Positions 27,970 to 36,458 of a DNA stretch of 54,304 bases are shown piece after piece. A model generated the notes under the pieces. That model made no database searches and was not told where the DNA came from. It worked only from the letters and a program-made list of their open reading frames with translations. The translations under genes and the position numbers were made by a program. The first letter of the stretch is position 1, and each line of letters opens with the position of its first letter. Origin of the DNA: Chloroflexota bacterium (GTDB lineage Bacteria; Chloroflexota; Limnocylindria; Limnocylindrales; Limnocylindraceae); contig JAYQPX010000004.1 of NCBI GenBank assembly GCA_038145565.1, forward strand, positions 1 to 54,304. Direction: 5' to 3'.

Positions 27970-28701
27970 ATGGAGAGTGGACGTCATCCGATCACGTACC
28001 GCTGGCTCGGCAGGCTCGGCTATGACCAAGCGCACGCGGAGCAGCGTCGTCTTGTTGATGAACGCGTGGGCGGGAGCGGCGTAGATACGCTCTTGGCGCT
28101 TGAGCATGAACCGGTGCTGACGTTGGGGAAGAACGCAACGCTCGCCCATCTGCATCTCCCAGAAGCTGAGTACGCGGCGCGCGGCATTGCGCTGCGGCGG
28201 GTGGAGCGTGGGGGCGAGGTGACGTATCACGGGCCCGGACACCTGGTGGCGTATCCCATTGTCAACTTGCGCGCGGCGGGAATTTCACTGCGACAACACA
28301 TCTGCGCGCTCGAGGACGCGCTGATCGCGGTCTGTGCGCACTACGGCGTGGCAGCGGAGCGGCGCAGCGGTGCGCCGGGCTGTTGGGTTGGCGAGCGCAA
28401 GATCGGCGCTGTTGGCGTGCGCGTGGAGAGCGGCGTGGCGTGGCATGGCCTGGCACTGAACGTAGGTCGCGACCTTGAGGCCTTTTCGCTGATCAATCCG
28501 TGTGGGCATGCGGGGGTGGTCTCAACCTCCATAGCGCTGGAGCGCGACTGGGCGGCGGTTGCTTCGGGCGATCGAGATGCGGTTGGATCTGCAGCACCTT
28601 CAGTCGAGGAGGTTGCCGAAGTGGCGGCACTTGCCTATGCGGCGGCGATCGGTGCGTATCTTTACGACGCTACGATGAGTGAGATGAGTGTGAGCAGATG
28701 A
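27970..28701 (+). CDS. lipB: lipoyl(octanoyl) transferase
   Basis: LEHEPVLTLG, RGGEVTYHGPG, RKIGAVG, HGLALN and INPCG motifs. Start at TACGCT-N6-ATG 27970. Confidence 0.95.
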   Translation: MESGRHPITYRWLGRLGYDQAHAEQRRLVDERVGGSGVDTLLALEHEPVLTLGKNATLAHLHLPEAEYAARGIALRRVERGGEVTYHGPGHLVAYPIVNLRAAGISLRQHICALEDALIAVCAHYGVAAERRSGAPGCWVGERKIGAVGVRVESGVAWHGLALNVGRDLEAFSLINPCGHAGVVSTSIALERDWAAVASGDRDAVGSAAPSVEEVAEVAALAYAAAIGAYLYDATMSEMSVSR

Positions 28702-29666
28702 GTGGCGGCGGCATGTGGGAGCTGCGACGCGACGAGATCACCGGGTGGTGGTCCGCAACGGTTGTCGATCGCGAGTATCAACCGGAGCGGTTTCATGAAG
28801 AGCGCCTCTCAGGCGCACGAGACGCGACGTGCGGGAACTGCGAGAAGGGTGAAGCGAGAGGAATCTCACGCCGCATGTTGCGCCAAGGAGCGTTTCACTC
28901 GGTTGGGACCCGAACGGATGTGGCGGCGGGGGAGTCGGGATTCCTGACGCTGAGCGATGTGGATCGTGCCGGATCATGGTCAACGCTGATTGCACCGCGC
29001 GGCGAGCACGGTGAACTTGATGAGGTACCGACCCCGCTGATCGTGGACTTCCTCTCGGCAATCCGCGATCAGATTCGCGCGGGCCGAGAGCTGGGGAGCA
29101 CCGCCTACATTCAGTTCGTTCGCAATGCGGCGGCCCAGGCTGGCGCAATGACGGATCACCTCTGCTTTGAGTCGTACGACCTTCCGCAGGTGCCGCACCG
29201 GCTCGCGGAAGAGATCGGAGGTGCGGCGCGACTCTCCATTCGCGCAGGAGGGTGCGCCTTCTGTCACATGGTGCAAGACGAAGTGGCGAGCGGGCGACGC
29301 TTGATCCATCGAGATCCATACGGTGCGGTGATCGCCCCGTTCGCGAGCCGCTCTGCCTTTGAGACGTGGATCGTTCCGAACAACCACGGATCAGATTTCG
29401 GCGATGTTGACACCGCGACGCTGCGCGGCTTCGCTGAGACGTTGCAGGCGGCGGTGAAGGCGCTGCGCGCGATCGGCATGCCGCCCTACAACCTGCTCCT
29501 CCACACGGCGCCGCTCCGTGAGCGTGTGGACCTCACCTATCACTGGCACTGGGAGCTCCATCCACGCCTTCGACCGATCGGTGGGCTGGAGTTGGCCTCG
29601 GGCATCCCGGTGGTGCCGATCGCGCCCGAGGAGGCGGCGGCGGAACTGCGCCGAGCCCTCACCTAG
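28698..29666 (+). CDS. GalT-like (HIT superfamily) protein with an altered nucleophile motif
   Basis: ELRRDEITG, CAFC, PFASR, YNLLLHTAP, YHWHWELHPR and PEEAAAELR motifs. The HxHxQ motif reads HLCFE. Confidence 0.85.
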   Translation: MSGGGMWELRRDEITGWWSATVVDREYQPERFHEERLSGARDATCGNCEKGEARGISRRMLRQGAFHSVGTRTDVAAGESGFLTLSDVDRAGSWSTLIAPRGEHGELDEVPTPLIVDFLSAIRDQIRAGRELGSTAYIQFVRNAAAQAGAMTDHLCFESYDLPQVPHRLAEEIGGAARLSIRAGGCAFCHMVQDEVASGRRLIHRDPYGAVIAPFASRSAFETWIVPNNHGSDFGDVDTATLRGFAETLQAAVKALRAIGMPPYNLLLHTAPLRERVDLTYHWHWELHPRLRPIGGLELASGIPVVPIAPEEAAAELRRALT

Positions 29667-29689
29667 CCCCCTGCTAGCATTCGGCGGCA

Positions 29690-29723
29690 CCCGCGACGTG
29701 GTCGGCAGAGATCGGCAGGCGGG
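29690..29723 (+). promoter_or_regulatory. candidate PyrR-binding stem-loop in the pyrR 5' UTR
   Basis: CCCGC/GCGGG lower stem, internal loop, GTCGG/TCGGC upper stem and CAGAGA hexaloop. Lies downstream of -10 TAGCAT and abuts the RBS. Confidence 0.55.
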
Positions 29724-29738
29724 AGAGAGGAGACCCAG

Positions 29739-30311
29739 ATGGCACGCATGGTCATGAATGCGGAAGAGATCCGCCGAGCCCTTACCCGCATCTCCCACGA
29801 GATCGTTGAGAAGGAGGGGACCAAGGGGCTTGTGGTGGTCGGCATTCAGCGCCGCGGCGTTCCACTTGCGAAGGTGATCGTTGAAGCGATCAAGGAGCAT
29901 GAAGGCGTAGAAGTTGAATACGGAACGCTAGACATCAGTTTCTACCGTGATGATCTCTCCACAATCTCCGTTGCCCCCGTTCACCGAGGCACGAGCATCC
30001 CGGGCGACATCACGGACAAGACCGTGATCTTGGTCGATGACGTGCTCTATACGGGTCGCACGATTCGCGCGGGGCTTGATGCACTCATAGATTACGGACG
30101 ACCAAAGGCGATCCGCCTAGTCGCACTGATTGACCGCGGACATCGAGAGCTTCCGATCCGTGCAGATCATGTGGGGAAGAACATTCCCACCACGAGTGAC
30201 GAAGTGGTCCGCGTATGCGTGAAGGAGTTTGACGGCGACGATCTCGTGAAGGTGGAGTTGCTCGCGGAGCATCTTGCCGCGAACGAGGCGGCCGCGAAGG
30301 CGAAGGGCTGA
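29739..30311 (+). CDS. pyrR: pyrimidine regulator / UPRTase PyrR
   Basis: RALTRISHEI, LDISFYRDD, LVDDVLYTGRTIRAGLD and GHRELPIRADHVGKN motifs. Confidence 0.96.
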   Translation: MARMVMNAEEIRRALTRISHEIVEKEGTKGLVVVGIQRRGVPLAKVIVEAIKEHEGVEVEYGTLDISFYRDDLSTISVAPVHRGTSIPGDITDKTVILVDDVLYTGRTIRAGLDALIDYGRPKAIRLVALIDRGHRELPIRADHVGKNIPTTSDEVVRVCVKEFDGDDLVKVELLAEHLAANEAAAKAKG

Positions 30312-30334
30312 GCACGGAGAGGCGGGAGACGCCA

Positions 30335-31330
30335 ATGCCACCCTCGGCCGCTCCCCATCGCCACCTGCTTGATGTTGCGGGCCTCTCGTGGAGTGATCTG
30401 AAGCTGCTGCTCGGCACCACCGAGGCGGCACGTCGCATTTTGGGCTCGCCGACCGGTCGCGTGGATGCACTGAAGGGTGTGAACGTCACCACGCTCTTCT
30501 ATGAGGCCTCTACCCGAACGCGCATCTCCTTTGAGAACGCTGCGAAGGCACTCGGCGCGAATGTCAACAGTGTGGCCGTTGCCAACTCATCGGTAGGGAA
30601 GGGTGAGTCGCTTGTTGACACGGTGAAGACGCTCCGCGCGCTGGGGAGCAACGTGATCGTGTTGCGCCACGAGCGCGCGGGTGCGCCGTGGCTTGCTGCG
30701 CGCGTCTTTGACGGGTCCGTACTCAACGCTGGTGACGGCTGGCATGCGCATCCAACGCAGGCACTCCTCGATCTCTCTGTGCTTCTCCGCAACATTGGTG
30801 GAAAGGACGGCACGCTGAAGGGGCGCCGTGTGGCGATCATCGGGGATCTTCTCCACAGCCGTGTGGTGCGCTCGAATCTCCACACGCTGCGCGCTGCGGG
30901 CGCGGAGGTTCGACTTGCCGGTCCAGCCGCGCTCACTCGTGGATTCGCCGAGGCTGCGGCGAGAGGTGGCGGCGTGACGCTCTGTGCGTCACTTGCAGAG
31001 GCGCTGGAAGGTGCGGACGCAGTCATGGCGCTGCGCATTCAGCGCGAGCGACTCGATGGCGGCGAGGTGAGCTCGTTCGAGGCGTATCGCGAAGCATGGG
31101 GGCTGACGGAAGAGCGCATCGCCGCATACTCAGCGCGAGCGTGCGTGGTCCTGCATCCGGGCCCAATGAACGAAGGAGTGGAGGTCGACCCAGACGTTGC
31201 CGACGGTCCGCGAAGTCTCATCTTGGAACAGGTCGCCGAAGGGATCCCTGTGCGGATGGCGGCGCTCTGGCGCACTCTTCGCGGCGATGCACCGTTGCCT
31301 GCGCTTTCACCATCGAAGGCGAACTCGTGA
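30335..31330 (+). CDS. pyrB: aspartate carbamoyltransferase catalytic subunit
   Basis: STRT, HPTQALLD, GDLLHSRV, LRIQRER and HPGPMN motifs. Confidence 0.96.
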   Translation: MPPSAAPHRHLLDVAGLSWSDLKLLLGTTEAARRILGSPTGRVDALKGVNVTTLFYEASTRTRISFENAAKALGANVNSVAVANSSVGKGESLVDTVKTLRALGSNVIVLRHERAGAPWLAARVFDGSVLNAGDGWHAHPTQALLDLSVLLRNIGGKDGTLKGRRVAIIGDLLHSRVVRSNLHTLRAAGAEVRLAGPAALTRGFAEAAARGGGVTLCASLAEALEGADAVMALRIQRERLDGGEVSSFEAYREAWGLTEERIAAYSARACVVLHPGPMNEGVEVDPDVADGPRSLILEQVAEGIPVRMAALWRTLRGDAPLPALSPSKANS

Positions 31331-32730
31331 GTCGACCGCGCGCGGAACGGACGCTGCTGAAGGAGCACTGGATTGTTGACCCCGTGAGTCGACGCGCAGG
31401 CGTTGCCACGATCGAAGTGCATAGCGGGAAGGTGGCGCGAATTGAGTGGCGCGATGGAGTGGCTGAGGCGCGCCGCGCATTCATTGAGGGGGCTGAACCA
31501 GGGCCGAAGGATCCCAAGAGACTTGTCCTTCCTGCACTCATCGACCTCCATGCGCACTTCCGTCAGCCCGGGGCGGGCGCGTCTGAAGATGTTGCGAGCG
31601 GTGAGGCGGCCGCCGCCCATGGCGGATACGGTGCGGTTGCGCTGATGCCCAACAGTGAGCCAGCTGCCGATCACCCTGCACTTCTTCGGGAGCTGACACG
31701 CACCACTGCGCCGCGTGGTGTGACCCTCATGCCGATTGCCGCCGCAACCCTCGGTCGTGCTGGTCGCACGCTCGCGCCGATGGCGGAGCTCGCCGCCGCA
31801 GGCGCCGTTGCCTTCAGTGATGACGGCAACCCGATCGCCGACCCTGCGCTCTTTCGAAATGCGCTGATAACTGCGGGCGCGCTTGATCTGCCGCTCATCG
31901 AACACTGCGAAGATCCTGCACTCACTCTGGGTGGAGAGGCGGCGGATGGCGTGGTTGCTACCGCACTCGGTCTCCGGCCGTGGCCCGCCGCCGGTGAGAT
32001 CAGCGCGGTGGTCCGCAACATCGCGCTGTTGCGCGACGCGATTCGTGACGAGCCGCGCGCGCGACTTCACCTCACGCATCTTTCAACCCGGGCAGCGCTC
32101 GATGCCGTTCGCGCAGCACGTGCAGAGGGGCTCCCAATCACGTGCGACATCACGCCGCATCATCTTGCGCTCACCGATGCCTGGATTGCGGGAGATCAGC
32201 GGTGGGCGTGGGAGTACAACGATCAATTTCAAGCGAGCCTTACACCGGCCGCTGACGCGTACGACACGAACCTGCGCGTCTGTCCGCCGCTGCGTGACGC
32301 GAGTGATGCGGCTGCGTGCAGAGCTGCGCTCCGTGACGGTACCGCGTCCGCAATCGCAACCGATCACGCGCCGCACTCGCGCGAGAAGAAAGAGGTGGAG
32401 TTCGGCCTCGCCGCGAATGGGATTGCGGGGATCGAGACGGCGCTCAGCACACTCCTTGCGGCACGCGCCGCTGGCGAGTTCCCGCTCTCGCTCGTTGTGG
32501 CGCTGCTCACAACGGGCCCTGCGGCGGTGTTGAATTCACCAGCGCTTGCACGTGGGCTCGTCGTTGGTGAGCCCGCGAACCTGGTCGTGGTGGACCTGAG
32601 TGCTACCTGGGTGCCGAGCCGAAAGACGCTGATCGGACGAAGCATCAACACGCCGCTCCTCGGCAAGCCCCTCCCTGGGGCGGTGCTCCTTACGCTGCTC
32701 AACGGTGAAGTCGCGTGGAAGGCAGAATGA
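31327..32730 (+). CDS. pyrC: dihydroorotase
   Basis: DLHAHFRQPG, AFSDDG, HCED, PHHL and TDHAPH motifs. GTG start at 31327 overlaps the pyrB stop. Confidence 0.93.
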   Translation: MSRPRAERTLLKEHWIVDPVSRRAGVATIEVHSGKVARIEWRDGVAEARRAFIEGAEPGPKDPKRLVLPALIDLHAHFRQPGAGASEDVASGEAAAAHGGYGAVALMPNSEPAADHPALLRELTRTTAPRGVTLMPIAAATLGRAGRTLAPMAELAAAGAVAFSDDGNPIADPALFRNALITAGALDLPLIEHCEDPALTLGGEAADGVVATALGLRPWPAAGEISAVVRNIALLRDAIRDEPRARLHLTHLSTRAALDAVRAARAEGLPITCDITPHHLALTDAWIAGDQRWAWEYNDQFQASLTPAADAYDTNLRVCPPLRDASDAAACRAALRDGTASAIATDHAPHSREKKEVEFGLAANGIAGIETALSTLLAARAAGEFPLSLVVALLTTGPAAVLNSPALARGLVVGEPANLVVVDLSATWVPSRKTLIGRSINTPLLGKPLPGAVLLTLLNGEVAWKAE

Positions 32731-32734
32731 GGAG

Positions 32735-33100
32735 ATGAGCAACCTACCCGCACCTGAGATGCCCGAGTACAAGGGGGCACCGCTGAGCCCAGATCGCGGC
32801 CCTGGCCTCGGCTGCTTCTGGATTCAAGTGGTGGCGCTCGTCGTCTTTGTCATCCTGGCGCCCCTCTCCGCGGTGTTGAACTGGGGACCTACGATCGCCA
32901 CGCTGCTCTTGATTGGCGTGGTGATCTTGCTGCTCCTTGTAGGTCAGACCTCCATCTTCCTTCTGCGACTTGTGGCGGCTGACCGTCGCGGTCGGCGTGC
33001 GCCGCTCGCGAGTAAGAGCAAGACGGTGGGGGAGCTTGAGGACGAGGCGCAGCGAGCAGCTCGCGACAACGAGGACGCCGGCATGGGAGAATCGCGCTGA
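32735..33100 (+). CDS. hypothetical 2-TM membrane protein
   Basis: GGAG RBS before ATG 32735; two hydrophobic helices; coupled to the next ORF. Confidence 0.75.
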   Translation: MSNLPAPEMPEYKGAPLSPDRGPGLGCFWIQVVALVVFVILAPLSAVLNWGPTIATLLLIGVVILLLLVGQTSIFLLRLVAADRRGRRAPLASKSKTVGELEDEAQRAARDNEDAGMGESR

Positions 33101-33426
33101 TGCCAGTGCTTGCTACGTACTTTTCGATTCGACGGGGGCGTGACCCGTTCTTCAAGTTTTTCATGCGCACGCTCTTTCCAAAGACCGTGAAGTCTTATGA
33201 AGAGAAGTTCGGCATCAAGTTTCTTGGGTGGTACAACGTTGCGCACGGCTGGGACTTTGACAACGTGATTCTCTTCGACCTGCCGGACTACGGCACGCTT
33301 GACCTTCTTGAGCGCGACGAATCTTCACGGGCACTCGGGCACCGCGCCGGCGAGTGGATGTTCGAGCGGCACCACTCCATGTTCCTGCGTGAGCGACTCT
33401 CGCGCGACCTTGAGTACCGCGGCTGA
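33100..33426 (+). CDS. hypothetical soluble protein (possible dimeric alpha/beta barrel, NIPSNAP/GYD-like)
   Basis: TGATG coupling at both ends. The pattern GIKFLGWY...DNVILFDLPD suggests a ferredoxin-like fold (inference). Confidence 0.7.
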   Translation: MPVLATYFSIRRGRDPFFKFFMRTLFPKTVKSYEEKFGIKFLGWYNVAHGWDFDNVILFDLPDYGTLDLLERDESSRALGHRAGEWMFERHHSMFLRERLSRDLEYRG

Positions 33427-33917
33427 TGCCTTCCAAGCGCCCCGCCAAGCCGCTCAAGAAGAAGATCACCCTGACCCGGGCGACACGCGCACGTGCCTTG
33501 CAGACGCGCAGCGCCCTCGCACCAGAACTTACGCGGAAGCTTGCGCACGCCGCGGAGGCGGCAGGCTCCGAGCGACTCACGGCGGTTGAGCACGCTGCGG
33601 ATCGCCTCGGGAGCTATCTTCGCGAACATCGCAACACGCTCAAGGTTGTTGCTCCGCTGCTTCTGGCGGGGAGTGCAAAGGCGCCGCAGTTGATCTTGGA
33701 GAGCGACCTCTCGTTCCGCGTACGCTCAATTGACGCGCGCAAGCGCAGCAGCCTCGATCGCGCATCCACCGCGGAGGTGGTGGAGCTCTGGGCGCCTGCA
33801 GATCTCTATGACCGAATCGAGGCTGCGTTGCGCACCAAGGCGGGCCTTGCGGTGCGTCCTACGGGGGCGATCGTTGCCGGACTCGGCGCCGCCGGTGATC
33901 ACGGCGCAAAGGTCTGA
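33426..33917 (+). CDS. hypothetical protein with a basic N-terminus
   Basis: Coupled ORF filling the operon gap; MPSKRPAKPLKKKITLTRATRAR. Confidence 0.7.
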   Translation: MPSKRPAKPLKKKITLTRATRARALQTRSALAPELTRKLAHAAEAAGSERLTAVEHAADRLGSYLREHRNTLKVVAPLLLAGSAKAPQLILESDLSFRVRSIDARKRSSLDRASTAEVVELWAPADLYDRIEAALRTKAGLAVRPTGAIVAGLGAAGDHGAKV

Positions 33918-33923
33918 CGCGCG

Positions 33924-34766
33924 ATGGGCGCTGCGCCCGTACGCGCCCAACTGCTCGCCGTTGGTGAGCTTGCGCCAGGACGCAGTGCAATCCTCCTTCG
34001 ACTCCCTCAGCTGATCGCGTCACTCCGCGCGGGGCACGCACTCCACCTCCTCCACGCCGAAGCGGGCGGATACCGTCTTCGCCGCGTTGCACCAGTGACG
34101 CAGATCGACCTCATCGCTGGGAGTGTCCAGGTTGCGCTGCAACCGCGCGCCGATGGGGGTCGCGACTCACTCGCGGAGCTCTTGCCTGGTGCGCAGCTCT
34201 CCGTCGTCGGACCGATCGGACAGCCCATTGAGATAGATCCGGACGCGCTTCAGATCTTGATCGTCACTGACGTTGAGGGTTTCCCATGGGTTCGACTCCT
34301 CGCCACCTCACTCGCCGCTGCAGGGCGATCCGTGACGATGCTGTTCGAAGCGAACACCGCCGCTGAGATCCCTCCCGCCTCGCTGCTCCCTGAATCGGTT
34401 GAGATCCACGTTGCGACAGAGGACGGAAGCCTTGGCCACCACGGGAGTGCTGCAGATCTCGTTGCAACGTATACAGCATGGGCGGACCAGGTCGTTGCTG
34501 CAGGATCCAACGAGGTGCTTCGTGCAACCACAACGGTGCTGCGCACAGCGGGAGTCAGTGATCGCACGAGCGCGCGCGTCTCTCGTCCACGTGGCGAGGC
34601 AGGCGCGAAGCAGTTGCAGTTGATCGTGGCGCACGAGATCGGTTGCGGGAGCGGAGTCTGCGGCGGGTGTACGTACCAGAGCGCTGCAGGGAGCGTGCGC
34701 CTCTGCAAAGAGGGCCCGGCGGTCACGCCGTCAGGCAGCACCGGGCGAATGCGGGGTGCGCGCTGA
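33924..34766 (+). CDS. pyrK: dihydroorotate dehydrogenase electron-transfer subunit-like protein (divergent)
   Basis: CGSGVCGGC...RLCKEGP [2Fe-2S] motif and position before pyrD. The Gly-rich NAD motif is absent. Confidence 0.75.
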   Translation: MGAAPVRAQLLAVGELAPGRSAILLRLPQLIASLRAGHALHLLHAEAGGYRLRRVAPVTQIDLIAGSVQVALQPRADGGRDSLAELLPGAQLSVVGPIGQPIEIDPDALQILIVTDVEGFPWVRLLATSLAAAGRSVTMLFEANTAAEIPPASLLPESVEIHVATEDGSLGHHGSAADLVATYTAWADQVVAAGSNEVLRATTTVLRTAGVSDRTSARVSRPRGEAGAKQLQLIVAHEIGCGSGVCGGCTYQSAAGSVRLCKEGPAVTPSGSTGRMRGAR

Positions 34767-35731
34767 TGGAGGCGCGAGTCGGCGCGGTGAGCGTTCGGAC
34801 GGATCTTGTACTCGGTAGCACTCACCCGTTGCGACTTGAACGGCCGATTGTGATCGCGAGTGGACCACTCGGATTTGGCGCAGAGGCGAGCGAACTGCTT
34901 GACCTGCGAGATGTGGGTCTCTTTGTCACGCGCGGCGTCTCGCTCGCCCCGCGGAGCGGTCCAAGCCTCCCACGAGTGGTGGAGGTTCCTGGTGGATTGC
35001 TTCACGCTATCGGGCGAGAGAATCCTGGAGTTGACGAGGTGATCGATCGACACGCCCCCGCGTGGCGTGCCGCTCCTTGCGCTGTGGCTGTTTCGCTCGT
35101 TGCGACGGATCAGAAGTCCCTAGCGCCGCTAATTGCACGGTTTGAGTCACGCGCTGATCAGACCCGTATTGACGCATACGAGATCGATCTGACGTCGCCG
35201 AGCGATGCACTGAAGGGAGTACGATGGGAGAGCGCGTTTGATGAATCCGTCCAACTTGTTGAGGCTGCAAGAGAGAGCACAGAGCTCCCGATCATCGTGA
35301 AGGTCTCACCCGATGCAGCGTCGTTGCGCGCGCTCGCTGAGGCGGCGGCAGATGCGGGCGTTACGGCACTTTCGGTCAGCGGATCGCCGATCGGATATCT
35401 ACCGAATCGGGGTCGCACGCGAGGGGCGCTCGCTGAAGGTGTGGGTGAGCTCTCTGGTCCACTCATTCGACCACGTGCGCTCGCTACGGTCGCTGCTGTC
35501 CATGGAGTTCTTCCAATCATTGGCGGTGGCGGCATCGGCTCTCCCGCTGACGCGCTCGACGCGTTCGCCGCAGGGGCGGCGGCAGTCAGCCTCGGGAGTG
35601 CGCTTTGGGCTGATCCTGGTTTGCCGCGCGCGGTACTCGAGTCGGCACGTCGTGCCTCCGCTGCACGCGGGTTTGCGAGCATCTCGGATCTCGCCGGACT
35701 CGCACTCAGCGGCGCGAGCGAGCGTGGCTGA
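34766..35731 (+). CDS. pyrD: dihydroorotate dehydrogenase family 1B-like flavoprotein (divergent active site)
   Basis: PRVVEVPGGLLHAIG.ENPG, VKVSP, GELSGPLIRP and IIGGGGI motifs. ATG 34766 is coupled to pyrK. Confidence 0.8.
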   Translation: MEARVGAVSVRTDLVLGSTHPLRLERPIVIASGPLGFGAEASELLDLRDVGLFVTRGVSLAPRSGPSLPRVVEVPGGLLHAIGRENPGVDEVIDRHAPAWRAAPCAVAVSLVATDQKSLAPLIARFESRADQTRIDAYEIDLTSPSDALKGVRWESAFDESVQLVEAARESTELPIIVKVSPDAASLRALAEAAADAGVTALSVSGSPIGYLPNRGRTRGALAEGVGELSGPLIRPRALATVAAVHGVLPIIGGGGIGSPADALDAFAAGAAAVSLGSALWADPGLPRAVLESARRASAARGFASISDLAGLALSGASERG

Positions 35732-35747
35732 GAGTAGGCTGCGAACC

Positions 35748-36458
35748 ATGGGCGAGCCACTCCTCCCACTTCGCGAGCCGTTGAGGCCGCCCGCCGAGTA
35801 TCCGCAGTCGCGCGTTGCCTCGCATGATGAGGCGCTGAGCGCCCGACGTGTTGAAGGACTCTTTCTTGCGACAGGTGCACTGCAGCGTGGGCACTTCCTC
35901 CTCAAGAGCGGCCGCCATGGAGATCGTTACCTTGAGAAGTGGGCGCTCCTGCAGCATCCCGATGCCGCTGCGGAAGTGTGCGCGCTACTCGCCGAGCGAG
36001 CGCTCGTCGTGGCGCAGGCTGCCGCCGTTGAAATTGATCTGGTGGCTGGACCAACCACGGGCGGCGTCCTGCTTGCGTATGAGATCGGTCGACTCCTTGG
36101 CGTGCGCGGCATCTTTGCCGAAGAGGTGGCAGGTGACGCAGGCGCAGTGCGGAGAGAGTTCCGTCGCGGATTTCAGATCCCACCGCGTGCGCGAGTCCTG
36201 ATGGTGGATGACATCTTGACCACTGGCGGATCGCTCCAGGCGCTCCTGCCGCCACTCCTCGCCGCTGGCGCACATCCGATCGCCGCGGCGGTGGTGGCAA
36301 GCCGTTCACCAGATCTGCGAAGGATTGAGATCCCTGGTCGCGAGAGCATCCCTCTGATCACAGCGCTCACCCTTGACCTCCCAACGTATGAGGCGAGCGA
36401 GTGCCCACTCTGTGCGGCTGGCGAGCCGATCGGTGCGCCGGGGAGTAGCGGCCGCTAG
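35748..36458 (+). CDS. pyrE: orotate phosphoribosyltransferase
   Basis: GHFLLKSGRH, GPTTGGV, FRRGF and VDDILTTGGS motifs. Own TAGGCT-N7-ATG start. Confidence 0.94.
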   Translation: MGEPLLPLREPLRPPAEYPQSRVASHDEALSARRVEGLFLATGALQRGHFLLKSGRHGDRYLEKWALLQHPDAAAEVCALLAERALVVAQAAAVEIDLVAGPTTGGVLLAYEIGRLLGVRGIFAEEVAGDAGAVRREFRRGFQIPPRARVLMVDDILTTGGSLQALLPPLLAAGAHPIAAAVVASRSPDLRRIEIPGRESIPLITALTLDLPTYEASECPLCAAGEPIGAPGSSGR

